Shown here one piece after another: positions 1 to 9,170 of a stretch of 64,000 nucleotides of DNA; the first letter of the stretch is position 1; the number at the start of each line of letters is the position of its first letter. Where the stretch lies: positions 96,001-160,000 of the forward strand of contig JBCBUK010000009.1 in NCBI GenBank assembly GCA_039818205.1. The letters run 5' to 3'. A program made the position numbers and the translations under genes. The notes below the pieces were generated by a model. That model did not search any database. It saw nothing but the letters and a program-made list of their open reading frames with translations, and was not told the DNA's origin. This DNA comes from Verrucomicrobiota bacterium (GTDB lineage: Bacteria; Verrucomicrobiota; Verrucomicrobiia; Opitutales; Cerasicoccaceae).

Positions 1-672
1 AACGGCATCGGCGTCTTGCAGGGCTTCCCGTAGGTCGTGTTTCACCTCGACGCCAAATTGTTTGAGCTCGGAGGGAACGAGGGTCTTGGGTCCGGCCAGA
101 GTGACCTTGGCTCCGAGCTTGCGGAGGGCCCAGATATTGGACCGGGCAACCCGGCTGAAGAGGATGTCTCCGAGAATTGTTACCTTTTTCCCGGTTAGGT
201 CCGGCCCGAGTTTTTCCCGTAAGGTAAAGGTATCGAGCAGTGCCTGGGTCGGGTGTTCATGGGCCCCGTCACCCGCATTGATGACTGGGATGTCGATGAC
301 TTTAGAAAGGTAACGCGCTGATCCGGCCGCCGAGTGCCGCATGATGATGATGTCGGCGTTCAAGGCCTGGATGTTCATTGCGGTGTCCCGCAAGCTCTCG
401 CCTTTAACCAGACTACTCGCATTGCCTGAGACCGTAATGACGTCGGCACTCAAACGGGTGGCGGCAATCTCGAAGGCAAGCCGAGTCCGGGTGGATGGCT
501 CCATGAAGAGGTTGACGACGGTATATCCACGCAGAATGGGTTGTTTTTTCTGCGATCGCTGAAGCGTCGGTTTGAACTCACTGGCGACGGAATAAATCGT
601 CTCCAACTCGTCGCGGCTGAGTTCTTCAATGCCGACGAGGTCTTTGCGATTCCAATTGGCAGGAGGCGTCAT
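1..672 (-). CDS. pyrB: Aspartate carbamoyltransferase catalytic subunit (3' end runs off the window)
   Basis: Manual translation: MTPPANWNRKDLVGIEEL...FMEPSTRTRLAFE...KGESLRDT...NAGDGAHEHPTQALLD. The start overlaps the pyrR stop (ATGA). Confidence 0.95.
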   Translation of the reverse strand, partial: MTPPANWNRKDLVGIEELSRDELETIYSVASEFKPTLQRSQKKQPILRGYTVVNLFMEPSTRTRLAFEIAATRLSADVITVSGNASSLVKGESLRDTAMNIQALNADIIIMRHSAAGSARYLSKVIDIPVINAGDGAHEHPTQALLDTFTLREKLGPDLTGKKVTILGDILFSRVARSNIWALRKLGAKVTLAGPKTLVPSELKQFGVEVKHDLREALQDADAV

Positions 673-1205
673 TGAGGAGAAATGGTGATGGCGTTGTTGT
701 CGGGTTGATCAAGATCCAGTTCGACTGTCACCCGTTGGTCCGACTCGATTGGTTGGAAGAATCCGCGAACATCGGGTTGGATGGGCAGCATGCGCCCGCC
801 GCGATCAAACAGTGTGACTAGCCGTACGCGTTTGGGGCGGCCGAGGTCAAAGAGCTCAGCGAGGGCGGCGCGAGCACTACGCCCGCTGAAAATGACGTCG
901 TCGGCCAGAATGACGATCGCGTCGTTTGGCGAGCTTTCAAAGTCGGTGCGGAACTTCTCACCTGGAATTGGGTTTTTCCCCAGATCGTCGCGATGAAACG
1001 TAATATTCAGGCGCCCTTCGTCCACGGTGCTGCCGTAGGCGTCCGAGAGCTTGGCCGCAAGTAGCTGCCCAAACGGAACCCCACCGTTGGCAATCCCAGC
1101 AACGATCACGCCTTCCGGGGAGGGCTCGAGGGCTAAAATGTGGGTGACGATACGATCAATGGCCTCAACGATCTCTTCGGGGCCAATGCGGGTTTGTGCT
1201 TCCAT
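669..1205 (-). CDS. pyrR: PyrR pyrimidine operon regulator / uracil phosphoribosyltransferase
   Basis: ITFHRDD, PRPP motif VILADDVIFSGRSARAAL, LFDRGGRMLPIQPD; directly upstream of pyrB. Confidence 0.9.
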   Translation of the reverse strand: MEAQTRIGPEEIVEAIDRIVTHILALEPSPEGVIVAGIANGGVPFGQLLAAKLSDAYGSTVDEGRLNITFHRDDLGKNPIPGEKFRTDFESSPNDAIVILADDVIFSGRSARAALAELFDLGRPKRVRLVTLFDRGGRMLPIQPDVRGFFQPIESDQRVTVELDLDQPDNNAITISPQ

Positions 1206-1329
1206 TGCGGGAGGAGTTTGTTGTCGTACGCGTGACGCGCAACGGCATTTTCGGGCTGTCGCTAAATTTTCAAACCGCCGTTTCCGCGAAAGGCGCACTC
1301 CCAGGGTTGCGTTTTCAGGGAGATTTGAA

Positions 1330-1839
1330 ATGGTGCCCGCATTGACGAGGAGAAACCATCTACTAATTGACGGCTACAATGTCATCCACCAGTGGCCCGA
1401 GTTCGCCAGCCGGTTCCATAAGGACCCAGCGGGGACTTGCGATCAATTGGTCGAGACCGTACGGGTGGTTCACGATGTCGACAATTATCAGGTGACGGTG
1501 GTGTTTGATGGCCGCGGAGCCACCGTGGATATCCAGCACCCGGGAGAGGTTGCGACCTTTGCCGTATTATATTCACCATCCGATCTGTCGGCGGACGGCC
1601 TGATCGAGCAGATCGTTAAAAACGCCAAGGACCCCTCCCGGTTTACGGTCATCAGCCGTGACAACCTGATTGCGGAGTCGATCCGTGCCTCTGGCGGATA
1701 TGCGCTGCGGCCCGATGACCTCGCAGAGTGGGTTCGGCGCTGCGATGAGCGTTCCCGGCAATCCATTAACAAACACCAGCGCCGGGTCAAAAAGCAGTGG
1801 AAGCAGTCGAGCCCGTGGGATGCCTTGGATGATCTGTAG
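1330..1839 (+). CDS. NYN/YacP-like PIN-domain RNase family protein
   Basis: LLIDGYNVIH...VVFDG...SADGLIE...VISRD motif pattern. Confidence 0.85.
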   Translation: MVPALTRRNHLLIDGYNVIHQWPEFASRFHKDPAGTCDQLVETVRVVHDVDNYQVTVVFDGRGATVDIQHPGEVATFAVLYSPSDLSADGLIEQIVKNAKDPSRFTVISRDNLIAESIRASGGYALRPDDLAEWVRRCDERSRQSINKHQRRVKKQWKQSSPWDALDDL

Positions 1840-1928
1840 TTGCGCCCGGTAGTTCTGGGCAAAAAATTAGGGCCTTCGCAATGAAGGCCCCCGAAATGAT
1901 AGTGGGACTAGTTCCCGGCGATGGCAGG

Positions 1929-2306
1929 CTAGGCAGATACCTTATCCTTGCTCCAGAAGAAGCAAGTACCTCGATTTTCGAGTTGGAATACTGCCGCCTG
2001 GTAAAGCGGAAGGATGATTTCATGGACGATCTCCATGAGAACTTCCTTGCTGTCCGCCTCGACTTCGTAAGTTTCGATGTCGATAGTCGCGTTCAACGGC
2101 TTGAAGTTGTCGGCCAACAGGATCCAACGAGCGTTGAATTCGTCGGGCTCACTGATTACTATATTCAGGGGTACGTTGGATTCATCACACTTGGTGATGG
2201 GGAGCTCTCCCAGGTCGTCAATCTTCTCAATTAACGCTCTGAGGTGGGCTGATGCTTCTTTCTTTGGCGCACGATACGCCTTCGGCTTGTCTAATGTTGC
2301 TGGCAT
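1929..2306 (-). CDS. Hypothetical protein (125 aa)
   Basis: Protein-like ORF with a GGAGGA-type RBS-like sequence upstream and its own intergenic region; no recognised motif. Confidence 0.6.
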   Translation of the reverse strand: MPATLDKPKAYRAPKKEASAHLRALIEKIDDLGELPITKCDESNVPLNIVISEPDEFNARWILLADNFKPLNATIDIETYEVEADSKEVLMEIVHEIILPLYQAAVFQLENRGTCFFWSKDKVSA

Positions 2307-2631
2307 TAATTATAATTGTTTTGCGTTAGTTCCTCCCCGGCGAAGCCGCCGTTACTCTGACACTTGTGACATTCCGCGCATTGGTCAAACTGAAATTGGT
2401 CAAGAATACGTAAATTACTTGAGGGGATCCCTAGATGTAGTTCCTTATTGGCAATAAGGCCCAACATATAGTTGGAGTGAGAAAACTTAATCATTTTCCG
2501 GGTTCGTCAAAAATGTCAAAATTTGTGAGCTTATTCCATGCCGAATTAGGCTAAAAACCCCTCTGTAAAGAAATCTTATCTGAACGCTTGTGCTAGAGTA
2601 GGGTGGCACTATGGTGGGTGTCTACATTGCC

Positions 2632-3798
2632 ATGAGTGACGCCCTCGAAGCTGCGAAAAAAGATTTCAAGATTAAAGTCCTGATGGTCGACGACCAGGGA
2701 ATGGTTTGTGAGGCAGTTCGCCGCATGTTGGTGGACGAGCCTGATATCGAATTCCATTTTCAGACGGAGCCGACCAAGGCGATTGACACTGCCTTGCACA
2801 TTTGCCCAACGGTGATCCTGCAGGATCTGGTTATGCCCGAGGTTGATGGCCTGACATTGGTCAAATTTTTCCGGGCAAAGCCGGAATTGAAGGATGTGCC
2901 CATAATTGTCCTCTCCTCCAAGGAGGAAGCGGAGACGAAAAAGAAGGCGTTTGAGCTCGGGGCCAACGATTACATGGTCAAGTTGCCCGACAAGCTCGAG
3001 GTCATTGCCCGGATTCGGTATCACTCCACCGGCTACATTCGATTGCTGGAGAGGAATGCGGCCCAGGCTGCGCTGCAGGCTGAGCTCGACGAAGCCGCCC
3101 GATATGTGCAGTCGCTGTTTCCGGCGAAGCATGAAGACGACCACGTGAAGACAGATTGGGTGTTTATCGCCTCAACGGATCTGGCGGGTGACACTTTTGG
3201 CTATCACTGGTTGGACGACGACCACTTCGCGATTTACCTGCTGGACGTTTGCGGTCACGGCGTTGGCGCCGCCTTGCATTCGGTTTCTGCGATCAATGTG
3301 ATGCGTGCACAGTCCTTGCCTGGAGTTGATTTCCATGATCCTGGCGCTGTGCTTGAGGGACTGAATGATGCCTTCGACATGGAGAAGCATAACGACATGT
3401 ATTTTACCATGTGGTACGGCGTTTATAACAAGTCGACCCGTGAAATGGTCTACAGTTCGGGTGGCCACCCGGCTTCGGTGCTGCTGCGTGAGGGCGGCGG
3501 GATTGAGCGATTGGCGACCCCATGTATGATTGTTGGTGGGATGCCTGGCTTGTCCTACGCGACAGAAACCGTCAAAGTGAACTCGGGCGACCGCCTCTAC
3601 GTTTTCAGTGATGGTGTCTACGAGGTTGATTACAAGGACGGTTCCGGGATGATGACTGACGACGAGTTTGCGGAGCAACTGGCCGTGGATACTGGTGATC
3701 AGTCCAAGGCTGAGGCCATGGTCGACTGGGTTCGAGAGCAGCAAGGCCGCGATGGTTTTGAGGACGACTACTCCCTCGTCGAGGTGATCTTTAAGTGA
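2632..3798 (+). CDS. Response regulator receiver + SpoIIE/RsbU-type PP2C phosphatase
   Basis: REC (LMVDD, ILQDLVMP, DYMVK) followed by GDTF, DVCGHG, FSDG, DD phosphatase motifs. Confidence 0.92.
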   Translation: MSDALEAAKKDFKIKVLMVDDQGMVCEAVRRMLVDEPDIEFHFQTEPTKAIDTALHICPTVILQDLVMPEVDGLTLVKFFRAKPELKDVPIIVLSSKEEAETKKKAFELGANDYMVKLPDKLEVIARIRYHSTGYIRLLERNAAQAALQAELDEAARYVQSLFPAKHEDDHVKTDWVFIASTDLAGDTFGYHWLDDDHFAIYLLDVCGHGVGAALHSVSAINVMRAQSLPGVDFHDPGAVLEGLNDAFDMEKHNDMYFTMWYGVYNKSTREMVYSSGGHPASVLLREGGGIERLATPCMIVGGMPGLSYATETVKVNSGDRLYVFSDGVYEVDYKDGSGMMTDDEFAEQLAVDTGDQSKAEAMVDWVREQQGRDGFEDDYSLVEVIFK

Positions 3799-3846
3799 TC
3801 AGTTTTAATTTAACCCATCGGCCCCCACGACGATACTTTGACTGGC

Positions 3847-4266
3847 ATGCGTTTTACTTATTCCAACGATCTTTCTGAGCTTAATGAACTCGCAGAGAAT
3901 CTCGAAACATTTGGCGACGAGCACGATATCAACCCGGCGGTTGTGCACGCTTTTAACCTCTGCCTCGACGAGATTGTTACGAACATAATCTCCTATGGCT
4001 TCGAGGACGGAGCCGACCACACGATCACTTTGGATATGAGCGTCGAGGGAGAGTTGATCTGTGCCGTGGTGAAGGACAGTGGAAAGCCCTTCAATCCGTT
4101 GGAAGATGCGAAAGATCCCGATTTAGAATCCGCGCTTGAGGAGCGGGAAATTGGTGGTTTGGGGATCTTTTTCCTCAAGCAAATGATGGACGAGCTTGAT
4201 TACCAGCGTGTTGAGGGCTGCAATTGCTTGACCATGCGCAAGAAGAACGTCGCGCTACCTGAATAG
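3847..4266 (+). CDS. RsbW-like anti-sigma factor / Ser-Thr kinase (HATPase_c_2)
   Basis: LDEIVTNIISYG, KDSGKPFNP, GGLGIFFL. Confidence 0.9.
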   Translation: MRFTYSNDLSELNELAENLETFGDEHDINPAVVHAFNLCLDEIVTNIISYGFEDGADHTITLDMSVEGELICAVVKDSGKPFNPLEDAKDPDLESALEEREIGGLGIFFLKQMMDELDYQRVEGCNCLTMRKKNVALPE

Positions 4267-4272
4267 TTTATC

Positions 4273-5070
4273 ATGTCGTTTCTAGATTTCGACAAACGTC
4301 GATACCTCGTGTTTGGTGTCGCCAATCGTAAAAGTGTTGCCTGGGCAATCGGTAAAACGCTCGAAGCTGAGGGGGCCACGGTTGTCTACAGCGTTCGTTC
4401 AGCGGCTCGAGCCGAGTCGCTCACCAAGCTCATGGGCGAGCGTGAAATGCATATTTGTGATGTTGAACGAACCGAGGAAATCGATGCCTTGGCAGAGACA
4501 CTGAAGGGTTCCGAGCCCTTCGATGGCATTGTCCACTCGATTGCATTTGCCAACTACAGCGAGGGAATCAAGCCATTCCATGAAACCAAACGAGAGGATT
4601 TTCTGCAGGCAACGGCAATTTCCAGTTTCTCGCTGGTCGAAATCTCGCGCGCTTTCAAGCCACTGCTCAAGCCCGATGCATCTGTGGTTTCGATCGGGAT
4701 TTCCAGCCAAGTACTGGCGGAGAATTATGGCTACATGTCTCCGATTAAGGCTGCGCTAGAGAGCACCTCGCGCTTCCTGGCGAAATCGTTCAGTGTCGAT
4801 ACAAACATTCGGTTCAATACGGTGAATTCTGGTCCACTCAAAACGAGTGCGAGTGCCGGAATTCCAGGATATTTGGAGAACTACCTTTATGCAGAGAAGC
4901 TGACTCTGCGTGGCAAAGCAATCACGACCCAGGAAGTTGCCAATACGGCGATTTTCTTGCTCAGCCCGGCCAGTAGCGGGATCAATGCGCAGGGGATTGT
5001 GGTGAATCAGGGAATGGACCTAAACTACTTCGAGAAGTCGGTTGTCAACGCTGCGACGAAGATCGACTAG
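4273..5070 (+). CDS. fabI: Enoyl-ACP reductase (FabI-like SDR)
   Basis: GVANRKSVAWAI, HSIAFA, YGYMSPIKAALE, GPLKTSASAGI. Confidence 0.85.
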   Translation: MSFLDFDKRRYLVFGVANRKSVAWAIGKTLEAEGATVVYSVRSAARAESLTKLMGEREMHICDVERTEEIDALAETLKGSEPFDGIVHSIAFANYSEGIKPFHETKREDFLQATAISSFSLVEISRAFKPLLKPDASVVSIGISSQVLAENYGYMSPIKAALESTSRFLAKSFSVDTNIRFNTVNSGPLKTSASAGIPGYLENYLYAEKLTLRGKAITTQEVANTAIFLLSPASSGINAQGIVVNQGMDLNYFEKSVVNAATKID

Positions 5071-5149
5071 ATCGGTTTTTGATAGGTCTGATTCAACAAA
5101 CGGACTTCCAAGACTTTTTTTGATAACTTGTCGGCAATTGGATTGTCGG

Positions 5150-5167
5150 TTGGCGCAGAATTCGCTA
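5150..5167 (+). promoter_or_regulatory. Putative sigma54 (-24/-12) promoter
   Basis: TTGGCGCAGAATTCGCTA: GG-N10-GC spacing, just upstream of ATG 5178. Confidence 0.55.
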
Positions 5168-5177
5168 ACTGGCATGC

Positions 5178-5975
5178 ATGATCACTACGAAGCGCTTCGA
5201 CTACATTGCTATCAACAAAATCCAGTTCCACCCGACGGTCGTTAATCACCGCCCATTGAACGAGCCCAAGGTCGAGCACCTGGCGCAGGACATCCTGGTC
5301 AATGGGCTCTTGGAGCCCCTGATCGTTTGGGAAAAAGCAGCCGGAGAATTTTACCTGATCGGTGGCTACCACCGCTTGAATGCGATTTTGAAAATTCGGG
5401 AAGACAACCCGGGTTATTTCGATCGGATTGATGTACGGGTCGTGACCGGTTCGGCCGATGAAATGCGGGCGCTTAACTTGAAACTCAATGCTGACCGCGT
5501 CGATCTGAAGATTACGGATTACTTCGACACGGTGATCTACCTGAACAACGTTAACTGGCCCTCATCGCGAATCGCGGATTTCCTCGACCGCAGCGTTGGT
5601 TGGGTAGAAGACATTTTGCGGTATGCACCGGTAATGCCGCCCAAGATCAAAGCCATGCTGGCCGAGGGGAAGACGAGTTGGAACAAGGCTAAGGCTGCCT
5701 GTCAGAAGCTCGTCCAAGCGCCCGCGGGAGAGGAAGACGCGGTTGCCAAGAATGTGGAAGAGGAATTAGAGAAGGCCCCAGCCAAAGCCGTGAAACCGTT
5801 GAATTTTCGTTCCGCAAAGTCGCGCCTGGGTAAGATTGCGGAGAAGGCTCCGGAGGCAAATTACTCGCTGAAGACGGGCGATGTCATGTCGCTCATTCTC
5901 GTACTGGAGGGCAAAAAATTCACCGACGAAGACCTACAGCGCGTTAAGGCCAGTCTACCCGGATTGATTGAGTAG
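5178..5975 (+). CDS. Orphan ParB/Srx N-terminal domain protein with HTH-like region
   Basis: LAQDILVNGLLEPLIV...LIGGYHRLNA (GxxR box); SRIADFLDRSVGWV HTH-like segment. Confidence 0.8.
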   Translation: MITTKRFDYIAINKIQFHPTVVNHRPLNEPKVEHLAQDILVNGLLEPLIVWEKAAGEFYLIGGYHRLNAILKIREDNPGYFDRIDVRVVTGSADEMRALNLKLNADRVDLKITDYFDTVIYLNNVNWPSSRIADFLDRSVGWVEDILRYAPVMPPKIKAMLAEGKTSWNKAKAACQKLVQAPAGEEDAVAKNVEEELEKAPAKAVKPLNFRSAKSRLGKIAEKAPEANYSLKTGDVMSLILVLEGKKFTDEDLQRVKASLPGLIE

Positions 5976-6833
5976 GCTTCGGATCACCTGTTCCGCCTGG
6001 CTGCGGTAGCCACCGCCAAAGAGGTTGGCGTGGTTCACGATATGGTAGAGGTTGTAGAGTGACTTTCGGCGCTCGTAGCCGGCTGCCAGTGGCCAGGTGT
6101 CTTGGTAGGATTGGTAGAAGCTGCGCGGGAACCCGCCGAACATCTCGGTAAACGCTAGGTCGGTCTCCCGATCTCCGAAATAGCATGCTGGGTCGAAAAT
6201 GACGGGCTCTCCGGAATCGTTCCAGCCGGCATTGCCCGACCACAGATCCCCGTGCAACAACGACGGCTGCGGTGAATGACCAGCGAGTAAAGCTTCAATT
6301 GAGTCGAGTAGTTCGTTGGCGCCGGCGATTGCGATACCTTGTTCAATTGCCAGTTCGAATTGCGGGCTCATGCGTTCTTCGCGGAAAAACGTGCTCCATT
6401 CGATATTCGCACGGTTGGATTGAGGAGTCGAACCAATGTAGTTATCTCGGTGCCAGCCAAATGTTGAATGCGTCGTGCGATGGAGTGTCGCGAGTTGTTT
6501 TCCCATCGACGTCCAATCTCCAGGTGGCCGCCCGAAATCAATCGCTTCGAGGACTAGAAAGGCTTGGTTGTCGGCAGTTCCAATGGCTAAGGGACGGGGT
6601 GCTGCCATCGCATTGCTTCCACGCAAGCACTCGAGGCCCGCGGCCTCCGCTTGGAACATGTCAATACGCTCCAGCGTGTTGAGCTTTACGAAATAGGTTT
6701 CCGTTGTGCCCCGCGCGAGGTAGGTCTCATTGATGCAGCCACCCCCGCATGGCGACAAACTTTGCACAGCAAAGTCTTTTCCGATGGCATCCGAAATCGA
6801 TCTAGCTAGCGCTGTTGTCAGTCGGTTGGGCAT
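5955..6833 (-). CDS. Fructosamine kinase family protein
   Basis: [38 protein letters not shown]. Confidence 0.93.
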   Translation of the reverse strand: MPNRLTTALARSISDAIGKDFAVQSLSPCGGGCINETYLARGTTETYFVKLNTLERIDMFQAEAAGLECLRGSNAMAAPRPLAIGTADNQAFLVLEAIDFGRPPGDWTSMGKQLATLHRTTHSTFGWHRDNYIGSTPQSNRANIEWSTFFREERMSPQFELAIEQGIAIAGANELLDSIEALLAGHSPQPSLLHGDLWSGNAGWNDSGEPVIFDPACYFGDRETDLAFTEMFGGFPRSFYQSYQDTWPLAAGYERRKSLYNLYHIVNHANLFGGGYRSQAEQVIRSLLNQSG

Positions 6834-7296
6834 CTTGAGTCATTGCTTCGAGCAGCCCTTGGCAACCATCTTCAACCATGTCGAGCACGTGCTCGAATCC
6901 ATGATCGCCGCCGTAGTAGGGATCAGGGACTTCTGGAAATGCGTGGTTGTGGCAGAAGTCGGTAAACAGACGAACCTTCTTGAATTGTGCGTCGGTGCGA
7001 GAGAGACGCCGGGCATCGGCTAGGTTTGCGTGATCCATGGCCAGAATCAGGTCAAAGGTTCTGAGGTCCTGAACCGTTAAGGGTCGCGAATGACCAATGA
7101 CGGGAATTTGGCGACTTCGAAGTGCTTTTTGCATTCGGCTATCAGGGGGAGCACCTTCGTGGTATCCGATGGTGCCAGCGGAATCGATTTCAAATTTGTC
7201 GCTGACGCCAGCTTCATCCACGAGGTGCTGGAAGACACAATGGGCTGCAGGAGACCGGCAGATATTACCCATGCAAAGGAAGAGGATTTTTTTCAT
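6802..7296 (-). CDS. Low-molecular-weight protein-tyrosine phosphatase
   Basis: [10 protein letters not shown]-loop, DSAGT, VPDPYYG. Confidence 0.95.
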   Translation of the reverse strand: MKKILFLCMGNICRSPAAHCVFQHLVDEAGVSDKFEIDSAGTIGYHEGAPPDSRMQKALRSRQIPVIGHSRPLTVQDLRTFDLILAMDHANLADARRLSRTDAQFKKVRLFTDFCHNHAFPEVPDPYYGGDHGFEHVLDMVEDGCQGLLEAMTQDAQPTDNSAS

Positions 7297-7311
7297 GGCG
7301 GATCGTAACAG

Positions 7312-8142
7312 TTAAAGCGTAGTAGGAAGGGCGCGCCAACCAGGTAGCGGTATCGCCTCTGGGCGCGTGGTTTCTGCGATATCGAGTTGAGCCAGCGCCT
7401 CGAGCCAGGGCTGTAGTGTCTCCCTTTGGGGGCACTTGCGAACGAGGCTACCGATTTGCTTGCGGCGCTGAGTAAAGAAATGACGGATCAAATTTCGCTG
7501 GCCTTCCGTAAAGGCAAATGGCTCGGGGAGGCGCTCCAGATGGAGAAGTGTTGAATCCACATCAGGCACGGGATGAAAACACTGTCGAGACACCGCATGG
7601 CCCGGGCGGCGCTGGTAGGTTGCCTCAATCAAAACCGAAATCGCCCCATAGCTTTTTGTGCCCGATTTGGCAGTGAAACGATCGGCTGCTTCTTTTTGAA
7701 GCATGAGGACCATGCGTTCGGGGAGGGGACCCGTTAGCAGTTTTTCCATCCACGGAGTTGAGATGGCATAGGGTAGATTGGCAACGACTTTGAAGTCCTT
7801 ACTCTTTGATGCAAAGTTAGCAAGTGGATGATCAACCGCGTCGCCATGGATCAAATCGAGCTTTCCCGGCCATTGCGGCAGCAGCGCGTTGACTAGGTTT
7901 TCGAAAAGGCGTCGATCGTATTCAATTGCCCAAACCTGGGCTCCCGCTTCGAGCAGGGCAGAAGTCAATGAGCCGAGTCCGGGACCAATTTCCACGACGA
8001 GCTCACCCGACTTCACCTGGGCCAGGTCGAGCGACTTGTCGACGATGTTTCCATCAACCAGGAAGTTCTGCCCAAGCTTCTTGCTCGGGCGATGTCCAAG
8101 TTGGTCTAAAAGCGACCGGGTGCTGGACGGCGTTAACGGCAT
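7312..8142 (-). CDS. rsmA: 16S rRNA m6,2A dimethyltransferase
   Basis: LGQNFL, EIGPGLGSLT, ANLPYAIS, FHPVPDVDS. Confidence 0.95.
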   Translation of the reverse strand: MPLTPSSTRSLLDQLGHRPSKKLGQNFLVDGNIVDKSLDLAQVKSGELVVEIGPGLGSLTSALLEAGAQVWAIEYDRRLFENLVNALLPQWPGKLDLIHGDAVDHPLANFASKSKDFKVVANLPYAISTPWMEKLLTGPLPERMVLMLQKEAADRFTAKSGTKSYGAISVLIEATYQRRPGHAVSRQCFHPVPDVDSTLLHLERLPEPFAFTEGQRNLIRHFFTQRRKQIGSLVRKCPQRETLQPWLEALAQLDIAETTRPEAIPLPGWRALPTTL

Positions 8143-8144
8143 GG

Positions 8145-8936
8145 TCAGGCTTCATGGAAGACTTTTACAAGATCCGTGGGGTCGTCTTCGCGCATTAAAG
8201 CTTCGCCGACTAGAATGGCCTTGGCGCCGCAGGCCCGTGCACGCTCAGCGTCTGCTTGAGTAAAGATGCCGCTTTCGCTGACGGCGATAACGTCGTCGGG
8301 CATCTGCGGGATCAATAACTCAGAGATGGCTAGGTCGGTCACGAAACGGCTCAGGTCTCGGTTGTTCACGCCCAGTATTTTGGGTCCAAACTCAAGCGCA
8401 CGGTCGAGCTCACGCTCGGTGTGGACTTCAAACAGCGCATCCATACCAGCGGCTTGGGCGGAGTCGTAGAGGCGTGCAATTTCATCGTCCTCAAGAGCGC
8501 GCACAATGATCAAAATACAGCGTGCTCCAGCTTCGGCGGCTTCGACGATCTGGACTGGGTGCACAAAAAAATCTTTCCTCAGGCATGGAATATCGCGGCG
8601 ATGGTCATTGAGGAAGTCCGTGACTCCCCAGAGATCTTTTAGGCTGCCACCAAAATACTTCTCATCCGTGAGGACCGAGAGGCAATCAACCGCGGCATTC
8701 TGGTATTTGCGCGCCTGTTCATTGGCGTCAGGTAATTCGGCAATCTGACCCGCCGAGGGCGAGCGACGTTTGATCTCAGCAATCACCGACAAGCCATCCG
8801 GGGCCGTCAGCGCTTCACGAAAACGTTTGCCAGATCGGGTCTGCGACAGGCGTTCGAGCTCGCTCTCGCGGATCGGCCGGAGGCGAGGTTCAATCTCGAG
8901 GCGCTTATGCGCCATGATTTCAGCAAGTTTGTCCAT
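8145..8936 (-). CDS. trpC: Indole-3-glycerol phosphate synthase
   Basis: IAEIKRRSPS, SVLTDEKYFGG, LRKDF, GVNNRDL, VSESGI. Confidence 0.95.
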   Translation of the reverse strand: MDKLAEIMAHKRLEIEPRLRPIRESELERLSQTRSGKRFREALTAPDGLSVIAEIKRRSPSAGQIAELPDANEQARKYQNAAVDCLSVLTDEKYFGGSLKDLWGVTDFLNDHRRDIPCLRKDFFVHPVQIVEAAEAGARCILIIVRALEDDEIARLYDSAQAAGMDALFEVHTERELDRALEFGPKILGVNNRDLSRFVTDLAISELLIPQMPDDVIAVSESGIFTQADAERARACGAKAILVGEALMREDDPTDLVKVFHEA

Positions 8937-9170
8937 GGATGTAAGCGGCAAGGGGATCGAATCTTTGCGCCGATGTCAAAGCGTGAGATGGCGGAATACC
9001 CAAAAGCCAATCCGATTTACAATTTGCGACGAAACCCCGACAGATTGCGCAGAGCGCGGCCAGGAGACACTCATATGGTCGCCCAAGTTGGGTTCGGTCA
9101 CGCGACCGTCGCCGGTAGATTCACCCGCTTGGCGCTACTGGCAAACAGGGGAGTCTAGTCCTCGCCAATC

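Noticed and set aside
2603..2620. TGGCAC as a sigma54 promoter for the REC-PP2C operon
   Set aside because: No GC at the -12 position with the required 10-nt spacing.
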